Positions 25,848 to 37,461 of a stretch of DNA of 64,000 bases are shown here, in pieces. The notes under the pieces are model-generated. The model made no database searches. It was not told where the DNA came from and saw nothing but the letters and a program-made list of their open reading frames with translations. The DNA comes from Tricharina praecox (Eukaryota), in the NCBI RefSeq assembly GCF_024521635.1, contig NW_026250406.1:434001-498000 (forward strand). Direction: 5' to 3'. The translations under genes were made by a program, and so were the position numbers. How positions within the stretch are numbered: position 1 is the stretch's first letter; the number at the start of each line of letters is the position of its first letter.

Positions 25848-26874
25848 ATGCCACGTAAGTTTTACATCTTCCCCTTTGATTCCTTCCTTTTGACGAACCA
25901 TTCCTAATGATGCATAGATCATTTCCACTTTGCCACGCCGTGCTGGACCTCGTCAACCCGAATAAGGAGGTGAGCAAGTACTTGAAGACCAAGGTTTGTC
26001 CCTCACCTCCATCATCCACATTCCTCGCGCTAACGAGCGAGAAGATAACTCAAATGGGGCACCTCTTGTCAATGCCCGAGGGACACTAGCTTGTGTTGAA
26101 ATAAGTTAGTTAATACCACAATGGGGTCCCCCGGTTGGTTTTTGAGTGCGATTGGCACTGTATATTGTGTATACTTGGCGTTCACTGGCGTAGTCGCCGG
26201 CTCGCCGTCATCCCTAGTAAGTGCCTTCCCATCTTTTTCCCCCTGCCCACTGGAGAGCTAGACACTGACTTCCGTTACAGACTTTGATTCGGGTTACATG
26301 GGTCCTTCGGGACCCACTACCCAGTCGGCCGTCACTAATCGTGACGCCGGAGAATGGGCCGATCAATGGGTTCATGGGGGAGATAATTCCCCCGTTGTCC
26401 ACCGGGCACCGTCAACGGTGCCGGTTGCAGCGAAGCGAGGAAGGCGACAGTACTGGATGCGACAACGAAGACACAGCCATGGTCTCGGAGTATCACGTCC
26501 AGCAGGTCGCCGCCAAGCACCGTGTTGAGCTGACCGATGAGGGGAACAACACGACCACCCACAACATTGCGGCTCTCTTACTTGGCCATTGGCCAATCTA
26601 CCTCGCGGGGACAATGGCTCCCCGAGGACGACATTCGTCCGCTACCAGGCTCGCTGCTGGATCTTTTGTGAAGATGCGACAGTTTGGACGTCTCAAGGCT
26701 ATCCAGACCGCCCAAGAGAACGAAGAAAAAGGAAACGATGGGTTCAATATCAAGTGGAATGAACACCCGGCCACCATCATTGGTGGCTTCTGTTTATTTC
26801 TGTTGGAGATTTATCGCTGTTGTTGGGCAGGAAGAAGGAGGAGAAGGCGAAGAAGTAGAAGATGGATGGAATGA
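25848..26874 (+). pseudogene. Cassette-1 intron-containing gene, diverged paralog of the cassette-2 gene; probably degenerate
   Basis: ATGCCAC|GTAAGT..GATGCATAG first intron and a second acceptor (..ttccgttacag) shared with cassette 2. Peptide similarity HWPIYLAGTMAPRG ~ QWSIHVAGTPRG. No clean spliced ORF recovered. Confidence 0.4.
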
Positions 26875-27602
26875 TGGTTGTGAAGAAGGATGGGAAGAAG
26901 GATGAGAAGCGGAAAAAGGAGGAGTAGAACAGGCAACATGGGTGGTTTATGTAGAAGAAACAGAATAATCAGAGGCATACAACTTACCGACATCTATCTT
27001 CCATCATTGAACTATGTAGCTCTATTTTACACATCATGCCTTTCGGTTGTTGCGATACCTGTTCGCTCGGCTATGTTCACGCATGTGTTATCACTCGCTT
27101 TGGATCATTTTCAGGGACGTTTTGGGTCGATGGGGTCTGTTGAAATATAAGTATAGAACAACAGAGATAATTGATTCGATGCAATAAGAATCCTATCGTC
27201 AGCGGCGAGGCCTCTCTTCATACACGAGACTGAGGTACCTCCTAAAGTGCACCGCCGCGTAACCATATGCTCATCGACACTCCGTCGCGGCCGTCGAGAC
27301 ATGGTCTTGACCGTCAACCGCGAAGCCTTATTCGTGCCGACGTTTCCGGGCGACTAAAGCTTGATAGGCTCAGCTGAACCTGCAAATAGTTTTGCAGTTT
27401 AACCAGTTATAGTTCGGTGGATTCTGGGTATCTAGTCGGTTCGAATGTTGCGCTCCACAAACTGGTTCGTTTGCCAGTTCTAAACGGCTCACGTTCGGTC
27501 GGGTGCTGGCCTTAAAATTCACCACAGTAGATAAATAGATGATATAAGCATAAAGTTTGGTACTGCCTTTCAACTAAGTGGCAGCGGGGTTCCCGGTAGT
27601 TA

Positions 27603-27962
27603 GTCAGCCGGTAGTCGGCCAGCTGGTAATCGATCAGGATCCCTCAATCACCAGTAGTCGATCGACATTTGATGTTGTGCTGGTGGGGGGCAGGTATTTT
27701 TGACAGTTCGACAGTAATCAGTGGCAGTGTTCGTTGGACGTCTTTCCATGTTCGCAGCGGGCAGGCAGCGGAGTTTCAATTCGTAGAAATATGACTGGTA
27801 CGCATAGAACCTCAGATTCAGGTTACAGCATACCGATACATTGAAAGTGGTGAAGCCTGTCGTAGCCAGCGAGCTCCTGACAGCCCAGCCCGTGTTATTC
27901 AATCAAGCGGCGCGTGAGCCTGTGCAACCCCGCTAGCGACTGCGTACCCTAGACCTAGAATG
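27603..27962 (+). repeat. Direct repeat copy 2 (head of cassette 2)
   Basis: Identical to 25191..25533 over 343 bp; the identical 84-aa antisense ORFs at 25236 and 27648 confirm it. Confidence 0.95.
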
Positions 27963-28281
27963 TGATTCTGCCCACCCAATAAAACCACAGCAACCACTCC
28001 CTCCTGTCCTCCCTCTCCTTCTTTTCCATCATCTCCTTCCTCTCCCTTCCCTCCTTCCTCTCAACAACATCATCCAACTCATCACGCCTTATTACTCACC
28101 CTACTTTCTACTCGCACACGAGAAGTGTCTATCCGCAACATTTTCCGTTCCTTCCGTTCCTTCCGTCACTTCATCCCTCCTTTCAACTTTTCGCTTTCCT
28201 CCCTTCCTACTCCATACCAATTTCTTCATCCCACCCACATCCACAGCCATTATTCCTTAGCGGCTCCCCAACTATTCGGAT

Positions 28282-29509
28282 ATGCCACGTAAGTTTGATC
28301 TCTTCCCTCTTCATTCCTTCCTATTGAGTCTTGAGGAACCATTTCTAAAGATGCATAGATTATAAGCTATGATTCGCGTCGTCGAGTTGAACCACGAACC
28401 ACTGCAATGGTGGGATGAGAGGTCTATGGAGACTTTTCGTTGGGGTTCTGGTGCGTTCCCATCCTTTTTTACCCCTGTAGTGCTGCCCGCTCGAGAGCTA
28501 GACACCAACTTCCGCTACAGACCCCGATTCTAGATAGGTTCTTTGACCTATTGAAGGACTTGGTCGATTACCATGGGCCTGGTGTTCGAGCCCATGAATG
28601 AAGCCAAAGGCGGAATATTTCCGCCATGGTCACTCCAGATGCTTCACCAGCCGCCAGCGGTGCGGCGGGGCATTTTCGGCGAAGCACCAGCGGTGCTGTT
28701 TCCGCCGATCGAGAAGCTGTCGAACAGCGGATCGTTGGTGTCGGGAAAGATTTCCCATCACGCGCCGAGGGGCCTTGCGGTTCGAGTCGCGGTTGCAAAC
28801 CGCTGCCCGGTCCTCGGCTGTTTCAGAAACGGCATGTCTTACACCAAGCATACGACTTTGCAGAGGCATATTTTTACTCACCATGCCGATCCCAAGGACC
28901 CCGAGGTCAAGAAGAATTGTCGTATGCAGTGGAGCATACACGTTGCTGGAACGCCGCGTGGACCGGAGATTGAAAAGCTGTTTGGCCCGTGGCCATGTTG
29001 TTCTGTTCTTCGGCCGAATATGGAGTTTGACTCTACTTCCACGACTAGGCCGCAGAAGCGTGAGTCTGCAGAGTCGCGTAGTCTCAAGGATATCACAGAA
29101 CAGGGGACCAAATTCGACTACAATCCGCTCATCCAGCTGCGATTGGTCGAACTATGTGCGTCCTCTCGAACTAGTTACTACACTACTTGGGAATGCAGAA
29201 AATCTGCTTCTCATCTACTGTGCGAGCACCCATAGTCGGATGGACGACTCGCCTACACAGGCGGAGACGAATGAGTGGCTAGTCCACGCTGAGTCACAGC
29301 GCAGTCAAATCAACAGATTTGACCGGCGAACCCCGACCGGCCCCCCGCAGGATCCCGCATCCTTACTTCGCAACGCATATCCATACATCCCCGCGCTCGA
29401 CCCGCGCTACTTCCAGGCGGCACGGTTCTCAGGCCCGAGCCACCCCTCTCCCGTTCCCCCACAGCACAGCTGGACGCTTCCGCATCCGCACGGAAGCGTC
29501 AAATCCTGA
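28282..29509 (+). pseudogene. Cassette-2 gene encoding a C2H2 zinc-finger-like motif; frameshift or unresolved intron near 29150-29200
   Basis: CPVLGCFRNGMSYTKHTTLQRHIFTHH in ORF 28573..29235. The protein-like C-terminus continues in the frame of ORF 28598..29509. Same first-exon/intron layout as cassette 1. Confidence 0.5.
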
Positions 29510-29934
29510 TCAACAGGCACCTCTGGAACGCACAGAAGGGAATGTATTTCGACTATGATACTATCAACCGGAAGCAGATGAACTATGAGTTCGCGACTGT
29601 CTCTGGTATTGCTTTGCATGCATAATGCATTCGGAGGACGGCCGAGTAGGTGGATAGAGAGCGATCGAGTGTGGGTCTGCAAATAGATTTGCAGTTCATG
29701 CGGGTTGCTAGTCATTTAGTTCTTAGCAGTGGAGTTGGAAGTTTGTGGATTCTGTGTTTCTAGTTGGTTGTAATGTTACTCTTCGAAAAACATGGTTCAT
29801 AATCTCAGTGTCAGTTCTAAATAGTGCAACTTATTCGGTCGAGTTCTAGTAGCCTTAAAATTCTCGAATACATAAAAGCATAAGCGTGTCAGGCAAGCTT
29901 GGTACTACTCCCTTTCGATTGCCGACGTCAAATT

Positions 29935-30085
29935 TTCTGAGGACTTGCTGTCAATTCCAGCCATGTCATGTAGACCAGAACACATGTTCTCTGACTACAA
30001 GCGGGCCGTCACAGATGACCATCACTCATTACACTCTGATACGATTGAGTTTTTGGTGTGTCTGAAAAGTTACCACCAAGAGCGA
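29935..30085 (+). mobile_element. hAT-family transposase C-terminal dimerisation-domain remnant
   Basis: DLLSIPAMSCRPEHMFSDYKRAVTDDHHSLHSDTIEFLVCLKSY matches the hAT dimer pattern LSIPAMSxxxERxFS...RxxL..dTIEAL.CLKSW. No upstream catalytic domain. Confidence 0.8.
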
Positions 30086-31310
30086 CGATCGGGTGTGTCG
30101 AAGCCTCGGAATATACTACTATATAAAGAAGCGAGTAGTGGGGTAACTACCGTAACTTCCGGTGCGGCTCGGTCTGGACGGTAGTCTGAGCGGGACGTGC
30201 CGACTTGCCGACATGCCCACTGCCGTAGTCCGTTACTCTGTCATTGGGTGGCTCGTGAGTCGGGACGGAGTGCAAGGTCACAGGGTGGTGGTAATCGGCC
30301 ACCGCCTACGGCGGATGAGCGCTCTCGCGAGCTCTTGGAGTGGGTGCACGAATACGTGTCTCGTGCCATGCCAGACACCTATGTAGTTCCTTATTCTTTG
30401 GCTCCTACCTAAGCCTCTGGCTCGTCAGTAGCTATTACCATCTCCTCTATTGAATACATACCTACAAATGCTACCATCAGTTGGGAGTTTGCGGTTTCTG
30501 GGCTACAGGTCTGATTCTAGGATCAGCGTTTTGCTGTGTTGATGGTTCAAGGAGTTAAGATTTTAGGATCGCCGGTGCGGCTTTGCAGACCTCCTGACTC
30601 CTGAGTTGCCTTGTCTTAATCGTTCACTGAACGCTCCAGTATCGATTAAGCTGGCAAATGGCGTCGAAGAAATCATCACATCACTTAAAATCACTCGCTA
30701 ACTCACGTCACGGGACATTTCTCACGTGAACTTCAGACGACGCCGGCGTCAACGCTGACAGTGAGATTCCATGATTGAGACACGAGATTCCGCATTACAG
30801 ATGCATTAGCCTGTGGTGGAAACATGCGCCACTGATTTACTGTACATGATCACGGTATTCAGAGTATTCGCCTAGTTGTGGAAGTAATATGATTCGAAAT
30901 TGAAGATCATGAAAAATTAGCGCAGAAACGACAGATCCGAGTCCACACCCTGCAGAATCTCTATGCAATACGGCCCACCACCAAACTTCCTAACTTCGAC
31001 GCCCTACCGTAAGAAAAACATCGAACACAATCTAATCGCGCTGAAAGTGCTGGAGCTCCCCCGCTCCGAACTAAAACAGATGAAGAAAACCCAAACTAAA
31101 CGCCACCGATTTCGAGGAAAGCAACCGCATGAAAACCAACCAGACCGAAAGACAAACACCGAACACACTAATCGTACCGAAAGTCCTGGAGCTCCCCCGC
31201 CCCGAACTAAAACAGATGAGGAATACCCAAGCTGAACGAAACCGATCTCTGAACACCCGCCTGACGGACCTTGAGGAGAACATCTCGACGACCTTCTTCC
31301 GGGCCATCGC

Positions 31311-32456
31311 TCATGGAGAAGACTCACGCCAACGTCCTTGCCAGTAGAATTCCCTGACCCACACCCAGTCGTCGTCGGTCAAGCAGATGCCGGCATTGCC
31401 ACGCTGCTCTTCAGGTACTTCCTTTTTGTACCTTGAGTACAGGGCGTCCTTGCAGACACCCTTGGGGTGATCGGGGTACCAATACTCGTTATACATCCTC
31501 GCAACTGAGGGCCAGTCGTTCCCCAGGTCGTCCCTAAGGAAACGTATCATGCACAATTTCTCGTGCGTGTAAGTTTCCCTCAGGGCGGCGACCTGGGATT
31601 CGTCTGCGTCCTCGTCTTCCGAGGTGTCGGTGGCGTCTCCTTGTTCCTGGGTGTCATCAGCTTCGACATCGTCCTTGGACGTGTCCATGACGTCTCCCTG
31701 TTCGCCGTCTTCAGCGACAGATGTCGCTTCCTGGTTCTCTACTTCCGTCGCTGCGGTCGTTGCGGTATACATTAGCACTCGCCCATGCACCACCGCAGCT
31801 AGAAGACTGCACTTACCTGACTCGTCCTTTGGGGGGCCAGCTTGCGGGACGGCCTTGTATTGTTCGCCCACCCACACCCATTCGTCATCAACCCCTAAGA
31901 TTCCGGCATTGCCACGACGCTCTTTAGGTACTTCCTTTTTGTACCTTGAGTACAGGGCGTCCTTACAGACACCCTTGGGGTGATCGGGGTACCAATGCTC
32001 GTTATACTTCCGCGCGACTGAGCGCCAGTCCTTGCCTAGATCGTCCCTGAAGAAACGTATCATGCACAATTTCTCGTGCGTGTAGTGTTCCCTCAGGGGT
32101 GCGACCTGGGGTTCGTCGTCGTCCTCATCTTCCGACGTTTCGGCTGCGTCTCCTTGCTGCGGGGTGTCATCGGCTTCGACTACGTCCTTGGACGTGTCCA
32201 TGGCCTCTCCCTGTTCGCCGTCTTCAGCGACAGATGTCGGCCCGTTGCCCTGCTCTTCGGTCGCCGCGGCATACATTAGCACTCGCCCATGCGCCGCCGC
32301 AGCTGGAAGACTGCACTTACCTGGCTCGTCCTGGTTGGCCTGTGGAACGGCGGTAGGTTCCTCGGAAAGCCTAGCACTCTCGGCGGCTTTAGTCTCCGGG
32401 ATATCAGAGACTTCAGGGACTGGGGACTTGTTCGGAGCGGGCGCTGCGCCTGCCAT
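31311..32456 (-). CDS. Protein with two tandem acidic + Myb/HTH-like domains; probable 66-nt introns at 32255..32320 and 31751..31816 (~337 aa spliced, 381 aa unspliced)
   Basis: Internal duplication with ~513-nt period. Each unit has YTHEKLCMIRF.RDDLG.DW.SVAR.YNE.W......CKDALYSRYKK and a GTAAGT..CTAAT..AG intron. Confidence 0.75.
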   Translation of the reverse strand: MAGAAPAPNKSPVPEVSDIPETKAAESARLSEEPTAVPQANQDEPGKCSLPAAAAHGRVLMYAAATEEQGNGPTSVAEDGEQGEAMDTSKDVVEADDTPQQGDAAETSEDEDDDEPQVAPLREHYTHEKLCMIRFFRDDLGKDWRSVARKYNEHWYPDHPKGVCKDALYSRYKKEVPKERRGNAGILGVDDEWVWVGEQYKAVPQAGPPKDESGKCSLLAAVVHGRVLMYTATTAATEVENQEATSVAEDGEQGDVMDTSKDDVEADDTQEQGDATDTSEDEDADESQVAALRETYTHEKLCMIRFLRDDLGNDWPSVARMYNEYWYPDHPKGVCKDALYSRYKKEVPEEQRGNAGICLTDDDWVWVREFYWQGRWRESSP

Positions 32457-33169
32457 TTTGTTTCTGTGGTGGTGGTGGTAGTGGTGGTGGTGTTAGTATC
32501 GGTGGTTGTGGATGACAGATGTTGCGGGGTGTCGCTCCAAGCTTGCCGCAGTGAAGGGTGTTTCTTTGTGGCGGTGTGGGTGAGGCTTTGAGGACGATGG
32601 AGGATGAAGTGTAAGGGTGAGGTGGGGAGGGTGGGATGAGTGGGATGGGGAGGAGAACAAGACTTAATCTTACAGAGGCTCCAGAGAAGTGTTAACGTCT
32701 TTTGGATCTTGCGGGATGTTCTAAGGCTTGTCGCAGTGGAGGTGTTTCTTTGTGGCGGTGTGCGTGAACTTTAAGGAAGATGGAGGATTGAGAGTGGGGG
32801 AGGGTGAGGTGGGGGGGCGGGGAGGGGAGGGTTTTATAGGTGGGCAGGTGGAGAGGAGAACGAGACTTGATTTTGCGAAGGCTCCAGACAAGCGTGAACG
32901 GCTTGGAATGATGACGACTTAAACCGATTGCGGGAGCTTAACTTGGTCATAACATCAAACACGACAGGCGTCACAGTAGCACTCGCGATAATCCAAGCGT
33001 TGCGGGCTGCGCATTATGCGCTGTGAGTATTTCTTTCACGCATGTGCACGATTTGGGCGGGGTGCCGCACACGGATAGAGCGATTTATAGCCAGATGAGG
33101 GAATTTTCTCGCCGACGGTCAGGATAAAGCATTCATTTTAAAGGAGCCCGCTGGGATGAAGAAGGAAAA

Positions 33170-33843
33170 CACGGTTGCGACGAGACAAGACCCAGACCCG
33201 AGAACACCTATTCAAGAACTGCACGCAGTGGTGGGAGCAACAGAAGAGCGTGTGGACGGAGGTGCCAAAGAAGACCGGCCGAGGGAAGGATAGGTTCAAG
33301 ATCAGAGACCTGTAATCTGTTCGCTAACCAAGATTGCAGCAAGGCTGTCCTCCGCTTCCTCGTCACCACAGACGTGGGCCGGCAGGTCCCCCCCCCCTCG
33401 GGGTAGAGCAACAAGAATTTCCGAGCCAGACCTCTGACTTGGGAACTGCAGTAGCGGATCCCACCTACCCCATAGCAGGAGAGGAGAGAAAACGAGCGAG
33501 AGCAAGAGCAGCGGAGAGAGCAAGAGCAGCAGAAGAGAGACGGTAGGCAGGGGAACATCTTTTCCTCCCCACACCCCCAAACCTCGCACCGCCGGCACCA
33601 GACACCGCGACCTCAGAAAGACTGATGCTTTTCCTTTCCATTTTGTCATCTGATTATTCTTCTTTCTTTCCGTCTTTCCTTTTATGTGCGGATGGGCCAG
33701 GCGGAGGGCAATAGGGAACCTACATCGAGCTCGCGGCCAGCGGTCGGAAACAGTGCAGTGGGGTGGAAAAGAACGTATATACAGCCACGATCTGATAAGG
33801 TCGAATGCTCATGCATGATGGATGATTAAACAAAACAAAAAAC
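33170..33843 (+). mobile_element. Tad1-like LINE 3' fragment (zinc-knuckle end of ORF2, 3'UTR, A-tail), degenerate
   Basis: QTREHLFKNCTQW.EQQKSVWTEV.KKTGRGKDRFKIRDL, then LFANQDCSKAVLRFLVTTDVGRQVP. Ends gatgattaaacaaaacaaaaaa like the other copies. Confidence 0.8.
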
Positions 33844-34104
33844 CGTTGACAACACCCAAAATCATGTTATACGTCCAACCCAGACCTGCCAACGGTTGCG
33901 AGTTCAATCGGGTTCCTAAATCGGTCGAATTCGAAACAGAGCAGTTTGTTTGGCGGATTCTGCTTATGTAGTTCGTTTATCAGTTCAAAACAGTTCAAGT
34001 TTGCCGTTCAGTCGTGTGCTCGCCTTCAAATTCACTTGAGTACATGCTACATAGACGCATAAGCATGCGCAAGCTTGGAACACCTTTTCAACTACAGGAT
34101 GGTA

Positions 34105-34231
34105 GGGAAAGCCACATCGGGCCGCCCGACGAAAGTTGGGTTTGACAGTGGCGGGGAAACGGAGGGGCGTGCGGGTAGACATTGCCATGATCTAGACAGG
34201 TCGCATACAATCAATGATTAAACAAAAAAAA
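34105..34231 (+). mobile_element. Short LINE 3'-end fragment (same family)
   Basis: gggaaagccacatcgggccgcc...tctagacaggtcgcatacaatcaatgattaaacaaaaaaaa. Confidence 0.75.
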
Positions 34232-34943
34232 GACCCCCTTTTTTAATACTAAATTCAACAAAAATATATCGCTGCTCAACCCTCCCGTCGCAACCCCCCT
34301 CCCGTCGCGACCCTCCCGGTGCAGCCCTCCTCCCACCACAAACTTCTCCGCTCAATCCTCCCAGCGCAACCTCCGCACAACCCGACAGATAGAAAGACAG
34401 ACAGAGAAGACAGACAGCAAGAAAGTAGGAGAATGAAGGGACTAGCTAGTCCAGTTCTCGCCCCGTCCAACCTCCTGTGAGCTCCGCTAGGACAGCTTCC
34501 CTAGCTCTCGCTTCTTCCGCCCTCGACACTCTTTCCGCTGCCGCCATTCTTGCTCCTACTTTCTCAGGAGTGTGACAGTGACAATTCCGTCCACAGCTGG
34601 GATAGCCACTTGCGAGTGACCTCTTGTGTCTCCCTCGCTATGCCGCTGCAGAATGTTACATAATCACCACTAACCTCCGATCAACGTTAGCGGCTTGTTT
34701 ATAGGCTTGTTACGTGCTGTGGGACGCAGCTGGAACTGACGTCTTTGCACCATTTTTTGACCCTTGGCTGCGGACCTTGGGCGGATTTTTTTGTTGAGAC
34801 GTTGGGACCGGCTGTCGTACCTGGGACTGCCGGGGGGGGGCTTGTTTCTGTCTTGCTCGTCGATTCTGTTTTGTTTTGGTCGCTTGTGTTCTTCTTGACG
34901 GTTGTATGACGATGCGGTGGCGGCCAAAGTTGGCCGATCTGTT

Positions 34944-35031
34944 TGGACAGTGGCGTGGAAACGGGGGCGTGAACGGGGCGATATTGCCATGATCTAGATA
35001 GGTCGCATGCAATTACTGATTAAACAAAAAA
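34944..35031 (+). mobile_element. 88-bp 5'-truncated LINE insertion with 18-bp target-site duplication
   Basis: Flanked by aaagttggccgatctgtt (34926-34943) and aaagttggccggtctgtt (35032-35049); poly-A end. Confidence 0.8.
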
Positions 35032-35245
35032 AAAGTTGGCCGGTCTGTTATATTTATTCCGGCGGGTCTGTCTGTCTCTCTCTCATCCTCCATCACCACG
35101 TGTGTCATTCACCTATTCATCATCACTTTTCTTAGGCGTCGTTGTTCATCACTTGGTTTCTTTGCTGCTTGCTTTCTTCAGTCCAGTTCCTCTTTGCTTT
35201 CTTCGAGTGTGCTTCTTTTAATACTGGGTCTCTTGACTCGCTCTT

Positions 35246-35809
35246 TTTTTTTGTTTAATCAGTAATCGCATGCGACCTATCTAGATCATGGCAATGTCAC
35301 CCCGTTCACCCCCCACTCCCCCGTTTCCACGCCACTGTCCAACCCAGCTTTCACTGAGCGGCCCGATGTGGCTTTCCTTGCCCTCCGCCCTGGCCTTTAC
35401 CGAAAATATATCGCCCTCGCACCCGCACTCGCACTCGCACTCGCGCCCTTCAGTCTTCCCACCGCCGCCGCGCGTCTCCGGTCCACTATTCTACATCGCC
35501 CAGATCCTCAAATTCCGCACCCTCCTCCTCCGCTTCCTCGAGTCGCCTCAGCTCCTCTCTCTCTTCCCGCTCCCTCAGCTCCCATTCCGACACCTCACTT
35601 GCTGCATCTTCCTCATCGGCCTCTGGGATCCGCCTGCCCACAGCTGTGGAGGAAAGAAAGTCAAGGATGGCTTGGCTGCACCGGTCGTCTGCAAAGAGGT
35701 CCCGGATTTTTAAGTGGTCTTTGCTCCTCCTTGTCTGCTTCCTGACTTCTGCCCATAATGTCTTTTGCTGACTTTTCCATTCGGGACAGTTTTTGAAAAG
35801 GTGCTCCCG
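35246..35809 (-). mobile_element. 5'-truncated Tad1-like LINE insertion with 15-bp target-site duplication
   Basis: Encodes REHLFKNCPEWKSQQKTLWAEVRKQT..KIRDLFADDRCSQAILDFLSSTAVGRRIP..SEVSEWELRERE; poly-A end. TCTTGACTCGCTCTT at 35231-35245 and 35810-35824. Confidence 0.88.
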
Positions 35810-36172
35810 TCTTGACTCGCTCTTACTTTCTCACCTAATCCTTTCTTCCGTGACTTGTGTTCCGCGTTCCTCGCCCCTGACTACAACCCACTCTTACCAA
35901 AGCCGGCCCTGGGCCCTCTGCCCCTGCTCCCTCAGTGCTAGGACTTCCCCACTGTCATTCGGAAAAGTCACGAATAAAAGCGATGTCACAAAAGTAGTTA
36001 CCTTTCACAACTGAACACAGCAGGCTCCCCATTTTCAGACTGGAATGCCAAATGGCTGCCACCTCCACAGCGAGAAAACGCGATGCTGCCTAACGAACCC
36101 ACGGCGCTGTCGCTTCCGGCCATGTACCAAAATCTGGATCGCCGCTCGTCACTAGCGTGGAAGCAAAACATT

Positions 36173-36244
36173 AGCTCTGACGCGGATTTGAACCGCGGAT
36201 CTCATCATTACTAGTGATGCGCCTTACCGCTTGGCCACCAGAGC
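36173..36244 (-). tRNA. tRNA-Thr(AGT), intronless
   Basis: GCTCTGGTGGCCAAGCGGTAAGGCGCATCACT-AGT-AATGATGAGATCCGCGGTTCAAATCCGCGTCAGAGCT folds into a cloverleaf; identical to 60024..60095. Confidence 0.96.
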
Positions 36245-37461
36245 AGTAGATGTTTTCTTCATGAATCTTACTCATATAGTCTACAATAAAATGTCTTGTC
36301 AACAACACAAGAACCTGTATAATGTATTTGACGACAGCCGCACAGTAACGAAAAGGGTGCACCCGGTTTTAAAAATCAACGATTCAACACCTGACACGAT
36401 GCGACCCAATCCAACGCGATCTAACTTCGTGTAACATAGAGAAGTAACACAGTGTCACCGGTGCTGACTGATGATGCGGTTGCACTGCATAATTGTTGAG
36501 GTTTATGTCGACTTTTTTTTCACCCAGCGACACAACCGACTCGAGCACGACTAAGGGCCTGTCTCGAATATGGACACATGTACTCTAGTTACTACCAGGC
36601 GACTATTCCCGCTTCAGCATCCGCACGCTCAAGAGTCGAGACCCGCACGAGTGAGACCCGATGCCCGCGCGTCGCCGGCGCCACCGGCCCACCGCTGCAA
36701 CTGCGCTCCTCTCCCGCCGAAGCCCAGGCCATCCATCATGCATCCATGTGCCCAGTTGACCAAAGCTTAATTCGCATTCTGTTGGACTTCCAAAATAACG
36801 TGCGCGACTTTATTTTTGTCTCATCTGAATCAACGCCAACAGCTTGCGGGGCCCAGAAGCGCCAACGGCCGAACCCCGGTCCGATCCGGAGATCCTTCGG
36901 ATTATCGCCTAGCGAACTGGCTAGCGGCAAGCCGACTCCCGACTCCCGAGGCCGAACGATCTAAGTGCATCATATGCATCCCCGGGCACCTGTATTCCTT
37001 ATTTACGGTCGCTGATCGCGAGTGAATACCTTGCTGGGGATGCAGTGTACTAGGGTGTGAGGGAAAGTGATGCACCACCTCCACCGCGAAATGGTGCCTA
37101 AAGAGGTGCACCACTTACCCTTACACCTGTGTACGTGCGCTGTCAAGAGTGATAGAATGAGGCGGCTTCGGTCAAGCTTCTTTTTTTTTATTTTACGTTC
37201 ATTCAGTATTCGGTCGTGCTCGGCCATGACAGAGTCCGCACCGGCAAATTCACCCGCCCCTCCTCCCTATCACCGCCACCTAGAATACGGCACTGCCAAC
37301 ATCCGTGCTTTTCGTGAGGTCCAGCACAGCTATGGTATCTAGGCTAGAGTTGTGAACTTGTGCGAGAACTCTATTTGAGAACTCTATGTGAGAACCCATG
37401 ATGCAAGCAGGTTACACATTCTAAAAGTCTCATGTGTTAGAATAAAAAATTGTCGTCATCC

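Noticed and set aside
25191..27962. 343-bp direct repeats as LTRs of a retrotransposon
   Set aside because: No TG..CA ends, PBS/PPT or gag-pol seen, and homology continues past the repeat into paralogous genes, which fits tandem cassettes instead.
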